Numbered from the stretch's first letter, positions 43,601 through 57,316 are shown. The stretch is DNA of 64,000 nucleotides from the human T2T-CHM13v2.0 reference genome, Homo sapiens (GCF_009914755.1 NC_060932.1), one strand, 5' to 3'. The notes: generated from the sequence alone by a model not told the origin. Numbers and translations are program-made.

Positions 43601-46600
43601 ACCCTCAAAACCATGCAAATACATGAAAATTAAATAACCTGCTCCTGAATAATCGTTGGATCAATAATAAATTCAAGATCAAAATTAAAAAATTATTTGA
43701 ACTGAACGATAATAGTGACACAACCTCTCAAAACCTCTGGGATACAGCAAAGGCAGTACTAAGAGAAAAGTTCATGGCATTAAATGGCTACATGAAAATG
43801 TCTGAAACAGCACAAATAAACAATCTAAGGTCACACCTCGAGGAGCTAGAGGAACAAGAACAAACTAAAACCCAAACCCAGCAGAAGAAAAGAAATAACC
43901 AAGATCAAAGCAGAAGTAAATGAAATTGAAACAAAAAAACACAAAAATTAAATTAAACAAAAGATGTTTTTTGAAAAGATAAATAAAATGGGTAGAACAT
44001 TAGTGAAATTAATCAAGAATAGAAGAGACAAGATCCAAATAAGCTGCATTAGAAAAGAAATGGAAGATATTACAAACAATACCACAAAAATACAAAACAT
44101 CATTCAAGCCTACTATGGACACCTCTAATTGCACAAACTAGGAAACCTAGGGGAGATACATAAATTCCTGGAAATATACAGCCCTCCTAGATTAAACCAG
44201 GAAGAAATAAAAACTCTGAACAGACCAGTAGCAAGCAGCAAGATTAAAATGGTAATTTAAAAAATGCCACAAAAAAAAAAGTCCAGGACCAGATGGTTTC
44301 ACAGCTGAATTCTATCAGACATTCAAAGAAGAATTTGCACCAGTCCTTTTGACACTATTCCACGAGATAGAGAAAGAGGGAATCCTCCCTAAATCATTCT
44401 ATAATAATGATAAATCATTATCACCGTAACACCAAAACCAGGAAAGGACATAACAGAAAAGAAAACTACAGACTAATATCCCTGATGAACATACATACAA
44501 GAATCCTCAACAAAATACTAGTTAACTGAATCCAATAACATACAAAAAAGATAATCCACCATGATCAAGTGGGTTTCATACCAGAGATGGACAGATGGTT
44601 TAACATATGCAAGTCAATAAATATGATACACCACATAAACAGAATTAAAAACAAAAATCACATGAACATCTTAATAGACTCAGAAAAAGCATTTGACAAA
44701 ATCCAACATCACTTTATGATTAAAACCCTCAGTAAAACTGGCCTAGAAGGGACATATCTTAAGGTAATAAAAGCCATCTATGACAAATCCACCGCCAACA
44801 TTATATTGAACGGGGAAAGTTGAAAGCATTCCCCTGAGAACTGGAACAAGACAAGGATGCCCACTTTTACCACTTACATTCAACATAGTACTGGAAGTCC
44901 TACGCAAAGCAATCAGACAAGAGAAAGAAAGAAAGAGCATCCAAATCAGCAAAGAGGGAGTCAAACTGTTGCTGTTCACTGATGATATCATCCTATTCTT
45001 ATAAAACCCTAAAGACGCATCTAAAAAGCTCCTGGAACTGATAAATGAATTCAGTAAAGTTTCAAAATACAAAATTAATGTACACAAATCAGTAGTCCTG
45101 CTATACACCAACAGCGACCAAGCTGAGAATCAAATCAAGAACACAACCTCTTTAACAACAGCTGCAGAAAATAAAAACAAAAACAGAAAACAAAACAAAA
45201 CAAAAAACCTTAAGACTATACCTAATCAAGGAGGTGAAAGACCTCTACAAGGAAAGCTACAAAACACATTGATGAAAGAAATCATAGACAACACAAACAA
45301 ATTAAAATGCATCCCATGCTCATGGATGGGTAGAATCAATATTGTGAAAATGATCATGCTGCCAAAAGCAATCTACAAATTCAATGCAATTCCAATCAAA
45401 ATACCACGATCATTCTTCACAGAACTAGAAAAAATAATCCTAAAATTTATATGGAACCAAAAAAGAGCTCATGTAGCCAATGCAAAACTAAGCAAAAAGA
45501 ACAAATCTGGAGGCATCACATTACCCGACTTCAAACCATACTGTAAGGCCATAGTCACCAAAGCAGCATTGTACTGGTACTAAAAATAGGCACACAAACC
45601 AATGGAACAGAATAGAGAACCAGAAATAAAGCCAGATACTTAACAGCCAACTGATCTTTAACAATACAAACAAAAACAAAGTCGGGGAAAGGACAGCTTA
45701 TTTAACAAATGGTGCTGGGATAATTGGCTAGCCGCATGTAGGAGAATGAAACTGGATCCTCATCTTTCACCTTATACAACAATCAACTCAACATGGATCA
45801 AAGGCTGAAATCTGAAACCTAAAACCATAAAAATTCTAGAAGATAACATTGGAAAAACCCTTCTAGACATTGGCTTAGGCAAAGACTTCATGAACAAGAA
45901 CCCAAAGGCAAATGCAACAAAAACAAAGATAAATAGATGGGACTTAATTAAACTAAAAAGCTTCTGCACAAGAAAAGAAATAATCAGCAAAGTAAACAGA
46001 TAACCCACAGACTGGGAGATAATCTTCACAAACTATGGATCTGAGAAAGGACTAATATACAGAATATACAAGGAACTCAAACAAATCAGCAAGAACAAAC
46101 CAAACAATCCCATGAAAAGGTGGTTTAACATATGTTTTCACTCATAAGTGAGAGCTGAACAATGAGAACACATGGACACAGGGAGGGGAACAACACACAC
46201 CAGTGCCTCTTAGGGGGTGGGAGGCAAGGGGAGGAAACTTAGAGGATGGGTCAATAGGTGCGGCAAAGCACCACGGCACATGTACACCTGTGTAACAAAC
46301 CTGCATGTTCTGCACAAGTATCCTGGAACTTAAAGTAAAATAAAATGAAACATAAAACAAGAAAAGAAAGAAAAGGGTTAAGAACATGAATAGACAATTA
46401 TAAGAAGATACACAAATGGCCAACAAACATATGAAAGAATGGTCAACTTCACTAATGAGCAGGGAAATGCAAATCAAAACCACAATGTGATACCACCTTA
46501 CTCCTGCAAGAATGGCCATAATCAAAAAAGCAAAAAATAATAGATGTTGGCATGGATGTAGTGAAAAGGGAATACTTTTACACTGTTGGTGGGAATGTAA

Positions 46601-46832
46601 ACTAGTATAGCCGCTATGGAAAACAGCATGGAGATTCCCTAAAGAACTAAAAGTAGATCTACCATTTGATCCAGCAATCTCAATACTGGGTATCTACTCA
46701 GAGAAAAAGAAGTCATCATACGAAAAAGATACTTGCACACGCATGTTTATAGCAGCACAATTTGCAACTGCAAAAACATGGAACCATCCCAAATGCGATC
46801 AATGAGTGGATAAAGAAAATGTAGTATGTGTA

Positions 46833-46866
<34 letters not shown>

Positions 46867-47224
46867 CACCATGGAATCATACTCAGTCATAAAAAGGAAC
46901 AAAATAATGGCATTCGCAGCAACCTGGATGGAATTGGAGATCAATATTCTAAGTGAAGTAACTCAGGAATAAAAACAACATCGTATGTCCTCACTCACAA
47001 GTGGGAGCTAAGCTATGAGGATGCAAAGGTGTAAGAATGATACAAAGGACTTTGGGGACTTGGGGAAAGGCTGGGAGGTGGGGCGAGGGATAAAAGATGA
47101 CATATTGGGTACAGTGCACACTGTTCGGGTCACGGATGCATGATAATCTCACGATAATCTCAGAAATCACCATCGCTGTAACCTAACATCAACTTTTCCC
47201 CAAAAACCTGTTGAAATTTAAAAA
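40656..47224 (+). mobile_element. Near full-length L1PB (5' UTR, ORF1 ~41835-42783, ORF2 ~42866-47030, 3' UTR), inactivated; inserted into a MIR
   Basis: ORF1 (LESLNNRIKEVEERISELEDK) and ORF2 fragments (MDLNYTLEQ..FSKINHIIGHK; [16 protein letters not shown]; [14 protein letters not shown]) with many stops and frameshifts; L1PB 3' UTR GCTAAGCTATGAGGATGCAAAGG; TSD ATACAATTA at 40647 and 47225. Confidence 0.92.
46129..46370 (+). mobile_element. L1PA (PA8-like) 3' end nested in L1PB ORF2
   Basis: CACTCATAAGTG.GAGCTGAACAATGAGAACACATGGACACAGGGAGGGG..TTAGAGGATGGGTCAATAGGTGC..A-rich tail; flanks GAAAAGGTGGTTTAA/GAAAAGGGTTAA. Confidence 0.85.
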
Positions 47225-47812
47225 ATACAATTAAGTGGAAATGGTTTCTATATGGTAAAATGCCATGTAAGTCTTTGTTTGTATAACATTTCTTTTCCAA
47301 GTGTTTTCGATTTTAAACAACCCATACTTAGAATAATACTTGATTTAACTAACTATAGTTGTGGAATATATTGTGTTTGGTCTTTGGTTAGCTATGGTAA
47401 CTAAAATTCATTAAGTGCTAACCCGTTTATCAACCATTTTGCTAAGAATAATCTCATTTAATTCTTCTAACAATGCTATGATGAAGGTAAAATCATTTTA
47501 CCAATGAGAGAACCGAAGTATACATAGGGATATGAGATGGTTTTTAAACTGCCAGTATACTACATTATTACATGTATATAGATAGACAATGGTGGAGCTT
47601 AATGTATGAGCACATGCTGTGCTGTGTATATGTATGTGTGTGCATACGTATTATACATACAGAAATACATAAATATCTACAACAGGGAAACCTGCTTATC
47701 AGCAAAGTATGCTGCTACAGACATATAAGGTATACATAACTAAATATAAATTTGGAGTAGTTAATTTTGGAAATCATCTACGATGTGTGAAACGCCATGT
47801 TCAATGCTCTAA

Positions 47813-47935
47813 ACCAGTGTTGCCTTGTAGAAGTTTAACATGAGCCGTATATGTCATGTAAACTTTTCTGATAGCCACATTAAAAGAGTAATAAAACAGG
47901 TGAAGTTAATTTAATAACAATACTAGCTATATCAA
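47813..47935. mobile_element. MER33/MER3-type hAT-Charlie fragment
   Basis: GAGCCGTATATGT..TTTTCT.ATAGCCACATTAAAA..AACAGGTGAAGTTAATTTTAATAA. Confidence 0.7.
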
Positions 47936-48784
47936 ATGATTTCAATCCCTATTTCCCTTACAAACACAAGAAAAAATAATTGATAGAAAAATTAAATCAC
48001 TATTTTATATTACAAAATCAAGGCTAACTTTTCAGTTTTAAAAGTTTCTGCTTTTGATATTGATGGGCTGCTGTGGGCAGTCTACACTTATAGATCACTA
48101 GCCTTGTGATGGAGGGCTCTCATTTCTGAGACAGCTGATTGTATTTTTTGTGCAATCCTTGATGAAAAAATAATGGATGTTTTTTCAGTTTTTTTCTGAA
48201 CTATATTTGTAACCAACCCATGACTGTATCCTCTCTAGGTATATGTTCTATCCCACTAAATTCCAAAGCAAAGTGATTATTAATTATTTAAATTCCACAA
48301 ATATGTATTGATGTTTTCTTCTATGCTAAGTACAGATATAATTCTGAAATAGCTTTTTCACTGGTGGAGCTAATAGTCTATACTAAAGGAAAGATAAATA
48401 AATATATAATAAAATGCAGTAAGTGATTTGTTTCTAAGATATCACACAGAAATACAGTATAAGAGCACTTTTCTCCTGTACCTTTACTTCTTTCAAACCT
48501 ACTACATGAGATAGTAAGACACAGTTGCTTAGAGAATAAAGAAAACTGTGGCCATTGCCTGAAAGGAGTGAAGTTTGATGCTTTGGTGAATGAGAATTTG
48601 ATAAATATTTAGAATCTTCTGTACACTTCTTATCTGAGGATGTTCTTAGTTTAAAAAACATTTAAAACTCAAGGTAATGCATGCAGTGTGAAATTATCAA
48701 ATTTTGTTTTATTATCAACTTTTAAACTTATTATTGAATAGATGGATATTAGAACATTTTTTAAAATGTAGTAAGCATTTGGTT

Positions 48785-51700
48785 AGTTTTGCTAGCCACC
48801 GTTCAAGCACTGTTTCTACTTGGAGAGAATGCTTCATTGTGCGGGGGTTGGAAGTCAATTGTATATTCCTTCTCCATACTCCGGGGCAGTCAGGGCTTGG
48901 ACATATGACCTATGCTCAGCCAAGGTAGAGTCCAGTGGCTCCATAGAGGGTGTTTAGTTGGGGTGGCACCAATGGTGGCATCCTAACTAGACTGTTCCTA
49001 GGTTATGACATTGGCTCTTTTCTTGACTGCCATGTCTCTTTTGCTTCTTGTCATTTTCTGAGCCATTCTTTTCATTTTCTGAGCTATTTTCCAGCATTCC
49101 TGTTGATTCTGTGAACTACTAATAGTCTACTAAATAATTTGATTTTGAAATCAATTAGCCAAAGTCAGTTTTATGCATTTACAATCAAGGATTTAACTTC
49201 TATGGTGCTTGGCACCAGAAAGTCAATGGTCTCAAAACCCCAGGGAGAGAAGAACCTTATCTCTGGTTAACCTGGAATTGCAGGCAGTGAAAAATCCAGT
49301 TAATGTCCGGTGAGTTTCTGGTAGCTTATGGCATGCAATGACAAAACAACTAATTACCACTTGTGGTTACCAATAATGAGGTTTCAATGAAAGATAAATC
49401 TTTGAGGCATTGCATTGATATAATACTAGAGAAAAATTAAGGTCATACAATTTCCAGGATGCCAGAACGGGTGTTTGCTTCTAATGGAAATAAGTAAAAA
49501 TAGAGAGGGCACAGGTTAAAGTTCAAAATTTTTGACTCAAGGTATAAAACTTAGGAACTTTCCATCATTACACTAAAATAATTTATTTTCTGCTGCAGCT
49601 ACAGTGTTGAAAATCAAATGCAAAAGATTGAAAATGCAGATTGTCAAATGCCTTTATAGGAGTTCACAGAAATGCCAGGTCTTCCATGTGAAAGCGATTT
49701 TGATTAAGAAGGGATAAAAGAATATGCATAGTTATATTGGATGATATCAAAAGATACAATGACCTTGATGTACTTTGTACCCTAACTCTCACTAGCTTCC
49801 TTTGCCAGCTGGAGCTATGCCATCTTTTATGTCTGATGAGGCAGTTTCATCTGATTTGAAGATGATGAAGAAAAGTTCTTTGCAAGGTAAGTCAGTTCTT
49901 CTGAAGACTTGCCTGTACCTCAATGTCTGCACACATCCTACTAGAATTGGGGAATGGAATATACATGTAAGCCAGATTCAAAGCTTTAAGCCTAAGAGGA
50001 GGAGATTTCACCACATTCAAAGTTAAAACCTAAAAAGGGAAGATTTCACCCCAAAGAAATAAAAAGAACTGGACAATTATTTTAACAAAACTTTGGGAGA
50101 TATGTGTGAGAAGATATTCTGAAGTACCAAGAAAGGAAGAGCACTACATTAGACTGAATTTAATAATCAATTCAATCAAAGTGTTTTCTTGGCCAAATGG
50201 CTAAAATCTGGATTAAAACATGGCCCATGCTAAAGTTTAGATGCCCAAAATTCCTTGGCATGATGTATAAGGAAATAACCCAAAGGTAATGAGCAATAGA
50301 ATTGATTGTGATCGACTCACCTATCCTAACCATGTTTGTTAAGAGGGTTCAGAAGATATCCTCTTCACCAAGGCCTTGATAAATATATTGGTGAGAGGGG
50401 TGTTACGTTCTCTGAAAAGTTCTGCAACGTTTTGGATGTTGAAGGGGGTCCTGCAATTGAAAATGAGTTCCCTAATGTCAATGGGGTGGAAAGATCCTAG
50501 AGTAGCAGAAGTCACATAAGAATATTCAACAATCAGAAAAAAAGTGGACGTGGCTACTATGATAGGTAATCAGAAGGGCCTTGCCCTTGGGGATTGTTGG
50601 TGGCGTAAGAGTACATAGGACTGATGGTGACCAAATCTTGTGATGCCTAAGACTCAGGTAGGTCCTGAGAATGGAATTCCAAAATCTAAATCAGTTCACA
50701 GGATCAGAGCTCTTATAATAAATATAGACTTAAGGAAGGATGCATCAGTACCATAATAAGTACATACTGTGAATCTTTATTTTAATCTTCCTCAAAGAAA
50801 CCTATGGTCTTTTACCAAATGATTATGCACTAGGGAATGGGAAATACCTAAAGTTTTCAGAGCCTATTGCATGCTGGCTCCAAGCTAACAATAATTCCTA
50901 GGCACCCAAACGATGACTGTACTCCATGGATAACAGCAGGATTTAGGGCAATCAGGAGATAAATGGAATTGTGACCCATCCCCCTTCATGATGGGATTAC
51001 TGTTATCTCAGCTATATTCTGCTATTGTTTTTCAGGTTGCTTATTGAATATTACTGGGAAAACAGGAAAATTAGGAGGAATGTTCTGGAGTGATTTATCT
51101 TTTTCATCAGGGGTGAGTAGAATTTCTGCTATGCTGTGGGATCTGGAAGTCATGTGGATGAAAGTCAAGTGATCTCTTTTGGTCCCCTTTCATACCACCA
51201 TGAGTCTAGTCAAAGCTGATAGCGGGTTAATACAGCCTTATAAATTGTGGATAGCTGAGGATTAAGCATCCTTAGGAATACAAATGTGTATTTCCAATGA
51301 TACCCATCAGGTAGCACTGATAAGCACCGGTGCTACCATATTACAATAAGTGGAGATCCTGTACTTGGAGGAATTTAGTAATTTATCAGACTATGGATTG
51401 CCTACTTTTGGAGAGGAGTAGTTATATTTTGGGTTGTAAAAGGGATATTTGAGTAGGGTGGTAACTCTTTTGAGGGAAAGGTAAGAATAGGAGGAAGGGA
51501 ACATCTGGCTAATGGGAAACATATATCTATATGGGAATAGATCTGTGATTTTTTTTCTATTAATTTTCTAAAATTTATTTCTTTTCGTGGGTATCTGCAA
51601 TGTGTGGAAGTTACTGGAAAGCAGAGGTCCTTTCCCCACTAAAGAAGGCCTTAAGAGACAAATATTTTCTTTCTATACTTCTTGGCAATGAGAGCATTGG

Positions 51701-52130
51701 CATGTGATCAATGCTTGGTTGTTCCTTCGGGACAGTGCATCTTGAGGAAGTGACCAAGGGACACATGCAATAGTTTTATGCTTCTTGCCTCACTAACATC
51801 CATGTGTGCCAAAGATAGATGGAGTCTTTCCAGGCACTAACTACAGAGAATAAAACTATGATCTCCTGGGAGGTGTCAGGAGGGTAGTAGTCATCTGGCC
51901 ATAGGAGATCTAGCAATTTCTTTTTCATATAGACTTCCATTCCTCCTATCCTCAGCCCTCAGACTTTCCCCTTTTTCTTTTTACTAAATCTGATGCCTAC
52001 AGGCCTCTCTGGGATTTCTTCAGGGTGAATCAACTTTATTCTCCTCAGGATCCCAAAGTGGGGATAACTGCACTTAGAATTACAGTGCTGTCACTCAGCT
52101 ACCTCAGTAATCTCTCTCCTACACTTCTCA
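48785..52130 (+). mobile_element. Ancient ERVL provirus remnant: LTR33-like LTR (~48785-49200), gag/pro-like internal, probable second LTR (~51590-52130)
   Basis: LTR end TTAGCCAAAGTCAGTTTT.TGCATTTACAATCAAG, then TTGGCACCAGAAAGT; 50790-51000 matches the ERVL protease region (CCTATGG.CTTTTACCA..TGCACTAGGGAATGGGAAATACC..GGCTCCAAGCTAACA.TAATTCCTAGG.ACCCAAA). Confidence 0.7.
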
Positions 52131-55100
52131 TCTTCCAAAACTTGGTTGAAATGTTTCATCTACTGAGATCTCCCAAATGGTTTATCTTTTTTGACTTGAT
52201 AAACATTTCATTTAAGGAAATTTTGGAAGAACTTCAGGAGGCAGAGGAGAAAAATACATATTGGCAACATATCAAGTTTAACATTGCAATCTTCACAAAC
52301 TATCCTCTTTCAATGGTTAGGATAAGCATGGCAGGATAATTGTATTGTTAAAACATGTCCAGAAGTTAACTGTGAATAATATCACTGTGCTCTAAAGCAT
52401 AGGGCCACATCATTATTGAAAGTTGCACTGGTCATGATGGTATAGCAGCTCAGCTGAACTTCCTTTACTTTTATTCTTTCTTTTTTTTTTTTCCAGTGGA
52501 AGATGTCAGGATGTCAGGATCTTCCACTAAATGGGGCAACTTTTGCATCAGAGTTTGATTGACTACTGTTAATGTCTGTCTCAATTTTGATTTCTAATTT
52601 AGACAATATTACAAGAAAACCCAGTTTAGGGACATGCCAAAAGTTTCATAGGAAAAAATTATTTAATTGAGTTTTTATGTTTGCCAAAACCCACTCAGTT
52701 AAAATACTTTGCAGACATTTTTTTTTCTAGTAAAATTAAAAGTATTTAACGTTCTTCCATATGTTTCAGGTTGAAAGTTGATGTACTAACCCTTTCTCTT
52801 CAGCCTCTCTAAAAAGTAAATAACCTCAAAAATTGAACTGGATGTAAAAGTCATATATTTTCATTCTAAGATTGATACTTAAGGTCGTTTCCAAATACCA
52901 CTACTCTGGCTGAATTTATGGCCTTTTGATGCCCCAGACTGTTTCCTTTTGAGGACTCTGACCAAGAGTCTGATCTTTCTATAGTTGGCCTGTGAGATTT
53001 GAAAGGGAAAAGCCTTCAGTAAAACATAGAGATGGTGCTTGTAGTCAAGGGATACGACCTTAGGCAGAAAGAAGGGGGAAAAAAAGACCATGTCAGTTTC
53101 TACTTCCAAGAAAAGCTGGTTGCTGTTTTGATAACAGTAATGTCCCTTTAGTTCAAAGTTACCAGCTATCAAAACAAGTTGCAGTCCATAGCAGACTAAC
53201 TCCTTTCCCTTACAGAGAAGCAGATTCTAGTGTAACTGACTCCAAATAAAAATATATTTACGATAAAACTAGGCCCATGGATAGCAAGCAGAAATCAGAA
53301 AAAAACTAAACTCTGAAATGTTCGGGAAAAAAAATATCATATGCTGTTTATATCCCTACAACTAAGATATCATTAGAAAAATTGTGTTAGAAGGAAATAA
53401 AATTCTAAAAGACGACACATCAAGGAGACAGGGTAATAGAAATTAAGTATCTATTAAAGTAAAATACAGAATCACTCCATCACATGTGTTAACTGTTCAG
53501 CAAAGCAGTTCTGCTCTGCAGTTGGTATGAGGTTTGAGCAGGAAGTATTATTGTCTGGCGTCAGAGCCAGGGCAGGATCCAGCTTGAACCTCCAAGTCAT
53601 TTCACAAGGAAATATGAAATTGCAGAACAGTGTGGGTGGGCAATGGACATGACCTGACTTTCATTTATTAAATAAACACAGACTTGAGTAGTTGTACTTC
53701 TGAGAACATTAGCAGTGGCATTGCCAAGGTATAGCACTTGGGGAAGAGGGAGTTTTGTCCCTTCATAAATCTCCATGAGCAACCCCCTCTAAGTCATCCC
53801 TCATAAATTTACAATCTAAGTAATCTAAGTAAAATCAAGTGTGCTTGCTCTGTAATGTAGCTTCCAGGCAAATTAATTAGCGTTCACTTCCAAAAACCTT
53901 CTCACTCCTAAGTCCTTTCTATAGCGAAATTCAGGAGCTGCCAGTGTTAGTCCAACTCCCAAGATTATGTGCAATGTTGGTTCTTGCACGAACCAGAGCA
54001 CGAGGGGCCTCCTTGGTCTCCAGTTCTCTTGTATCATTGTTTCATTTGCTGGCAACGAGAGCAGGTAAAGAAAACCATAGTGTTTGTGTAGTATAAAAGA
54101 TGACTTCTTAAAGATGTGCAGACAGCAAAATCCATGCTTAACCAATTGTAAAAATAAGAAAACCTGAAAACAATTACTAATCTATTTATACATGTAAAAA
54201 CTGGAAAATGAATTCTTAGTATATGGACTGGACAGCTCTCAGAAAATTTTTTTTCACAAGCTTCTTGGCGGGGAAGGGCATATTCTGCTTCTAGGCAGAA
54301 ATGAAGTCGTTGGGGAGGATTTGCAAGTGCGTGAAGTGGATGCACACGGGTGAGGCGTGCCCATTTTAGGTCAAATGCACTTTTCTAAAATGTATTGGTT
54401 AAGAAATAAAAAGAGTACCACAGAATTTCATCACATCCCACTATTGCATTTTCTAATTATGGTGTTTGTCAATGTGACTAGTGAAAATTCAATATTTATA
54501 AAATAACTACATTCTAAGCCTGTGATGCACAGTCAGTGTTTGAATCAGAGAATTTGTGAGTTAAAATTCCCTCCCATGTAGATATCTGTCGTCACCTGAA
54601 AGCTCTTACCATCTGATCTAAATATGTGAGGCACTGCTGGGTGCTATATTGTTACATTGAGTGTTTGAGGTTGGAAATAATTTTAAAACCGATTGAGTCT
54701 AATGGCCACATCTGCCCAGGAGAGGCTGAAAGTCTTCTTCAGAATACACCCATGCTGACAGAGTGATAGCCACTGTTATAAATACAAAGTCTGTGAAATA
54801 AAAATAAAATACATACAAGCAATTAGGATAGTATCGATATGGTAGAGTCTGAAAGGTATCAAGAAAGCTACAAAGTCAGACAGGTTAAGCAACCAGAATT
54901 CATTTTCTTGTTTAGTCACTCAAAATATTCTTTTTCTAGCCACAATGTTGCAACCAGTTTTATGGATTTGTGCCCTCATAGTATGCAACTCTTTGTAGTC
55001 TTTGGACTTTTTTTTTAACTGCAACTGGGGCTATTGGGCTATTTTCATAAACTGTCACTTAACTGGGCAAAATTCCAGTCCAGATGCTCCTGGAGTGTTT

Positions 55101-56159
55101 TTATGTATGAGACATTGTCTGCTTATTAAGGCTTGTCTGTAATTTCAGTTAAACTGTTGAGTGGACATTGTTGCTTACAGAAGTTAGAAGATACCAGAGA
55201 AAGAATGGACAATTTTTGTGAGAAACAAGCAATTCTCTGATGTTTGAGATAATATTAAATAAATCAACCGGAGATGATGATGGATTAACTAATTAAGGGA
55301 TCCACGTAGTCTTTACAAAGGCACCCAGGAGGTGCTTATAATATCCTTGAGGATGGATGTCTTTATGATGCAAACAGTGAAAAGAACTCTCCTTGGAAGA
55401 AGACAAGATGAAAGAACTTTGTCTAAGTTCCAAATGGAAATGGAACTCCCCCATTAAAAGTTAAAAAAAGTAAAGAGGAAGACCTAGAGGAAGTTCTTCA
55501 ATAGAGAGTCTTCGGCTTTCTCTATCTGTGAGCCATTTTGCTCCAGGGAATATGTTTCCTCATAAATTTTATGAAGAGACCCCGTGATCTGGCATCTTGA
55601 GTTGGCATATAATTGAACCCACTCACAGGATCTTAATATCCTCTGCCAAAGGAGTCATCATCTGAATGGGAAAACCTTTGCAAAATTTTCCCTTCATCTT
55701 ACAAGAATGACTAATTTTAGTTGTATCACAAGGAAGCATTTTGTTCCAAACACAGTTCCTAGAAATAGCGGGGCATTCCAGTCCAACAGATGCAAACCTT
55801 CCTCATGAGAACCAAACCAGCATGCTTGGGCAACTTGTCAATGAAGCCAAATTCCCTGCTTTCAAGAAGATTGGAAGAAGATGGGGCTTCTAAAAGAAGA
55901 GATAGTTCCCACAACTCTGTGTGGGTTATCTGGATTGTAGAATATTGACAGCAAAATTTCAATCCCAGGAGGTCTCTTCCTCATCTCTCTTGGACCCCCT
56001 CCTTTGTTACTCTTCTCACTCGTTAAATGAAAGCATATTTCATCATGAAGCTAAACAAAACTTAGTTGAACATTTAAATTTATTATATAATTGTGACAAA
56101 GTAAAATATAATGTATAAATTACACAGTTATGTATATGCAATGTGTTAGTAAATTCTGA

Positions 56160-56299
56160 AAATGTAAAATAAAATTTTAAAATTAAACTTTAAAATAAAA
56201 ATTTTAAATTAGAATTTAAATTTAAAAAAAATTTAAATATTTTAAAATTAAAATTAAAAATTTAAATAAAATTTTAAAATCTAAATTTAAATTTTAAAA
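56160..56299. repeat. AT-rich low-complexity tract
   Basis: ~140 bp almost only A/T, built from TTTAAA/AAATTT units. Confidence 0.9.
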
Positions 56300-57316
56300 G
56301 TGCATGGCATATTGGGAACTTCACTGAACTGTAAGATAGAAAATGAGTCCCGCTTATGGCTTTTCTAGTAACTAATTTAGATTAGTAGCTTCATCTTTGT
56401 ATTTAGTCATCCGTATAATGATAGAATGGACCTAATTAATCTGTAACTTATTTGTAGACCTAAAATTCTTTGATTCTGAATATAACATGTTCCTCTGCCT
56501 TGTATCAGAAATAATCATCAATATCAGATGGTGTTTGCTAAGTGTTGAGTGAGCTAATTAGACAAGGGAAAAGAGGTCAGTTCCAGACAGCATGGCAAGA
56601 TAGTTTCAGGGAACTACTGGGACTTGAGAAGTGAACAGGAATGTAGTAAGTGAATTGCAGAGCACTCAAGGCATTAGGATGTGGCATAAGTTAATGTATG
56701 GAGGAAGTAAACTCCAGATGTGTTGAGCATCAGGAAGTAGATTAACTGGCATCATGGAGAATTAAGACAGGCTAGCATGAAGTTAGAGACCAAATTATGG
56801 AGAGTATTCAGTGCCTGGATATTCAGAATTTATGCTAACAAATAGACAACATCAGACCTTTTTTTTTGATTGGGGGAGGAGTTGGGTAAATGGGGGAATT
56901 ACATGGGCATAAGTTTTTGAAAAAGAGGAAAATGTTACTCCTTTTCATTATCTATCTGTTTCAGAATTTTTTTTCAAAAGCATGGACAGCTAAGAGTTGA
57001 TTTCTTCATTGGGGCAATATCTTGGAATCTCTTAGATTTCTATATTAGCTCAAATTTTCTTATTTTATTGCTTAACCCAATTTATCTGATTAATTAGAAG
57101 TTCATTAGGGAATTTTTTGTGTGTGTCACACATTACTTAGCAGTTATTAATTTATTCCTCAAGTATTTCATGTGTGCTGTGCTTATGGGGTTGGGCTGAG
57201 TTCTGGCAATAAGACAGACACATTCTTCACTTTCTGAAGCTTCTAGTCTGTCCATTTACTTTTTTGAGTGAGTGATATTTCAGAACTTGTATTTTTGTAT
57301 GGATTTTGCATATTTT

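Noticed and set aside
42022-46029. Active L1 ORF1/ORF2
   Set aside because: Fragmented by many stops and frameshifts and interrupted by a nested L1PA
55150-55960. Purine-rich stretch resembling a decayed processed pseudogene
   Set aside because: Translations have frequent stops and match no protein I recognise; no poly-A or TSD; would need tblastx
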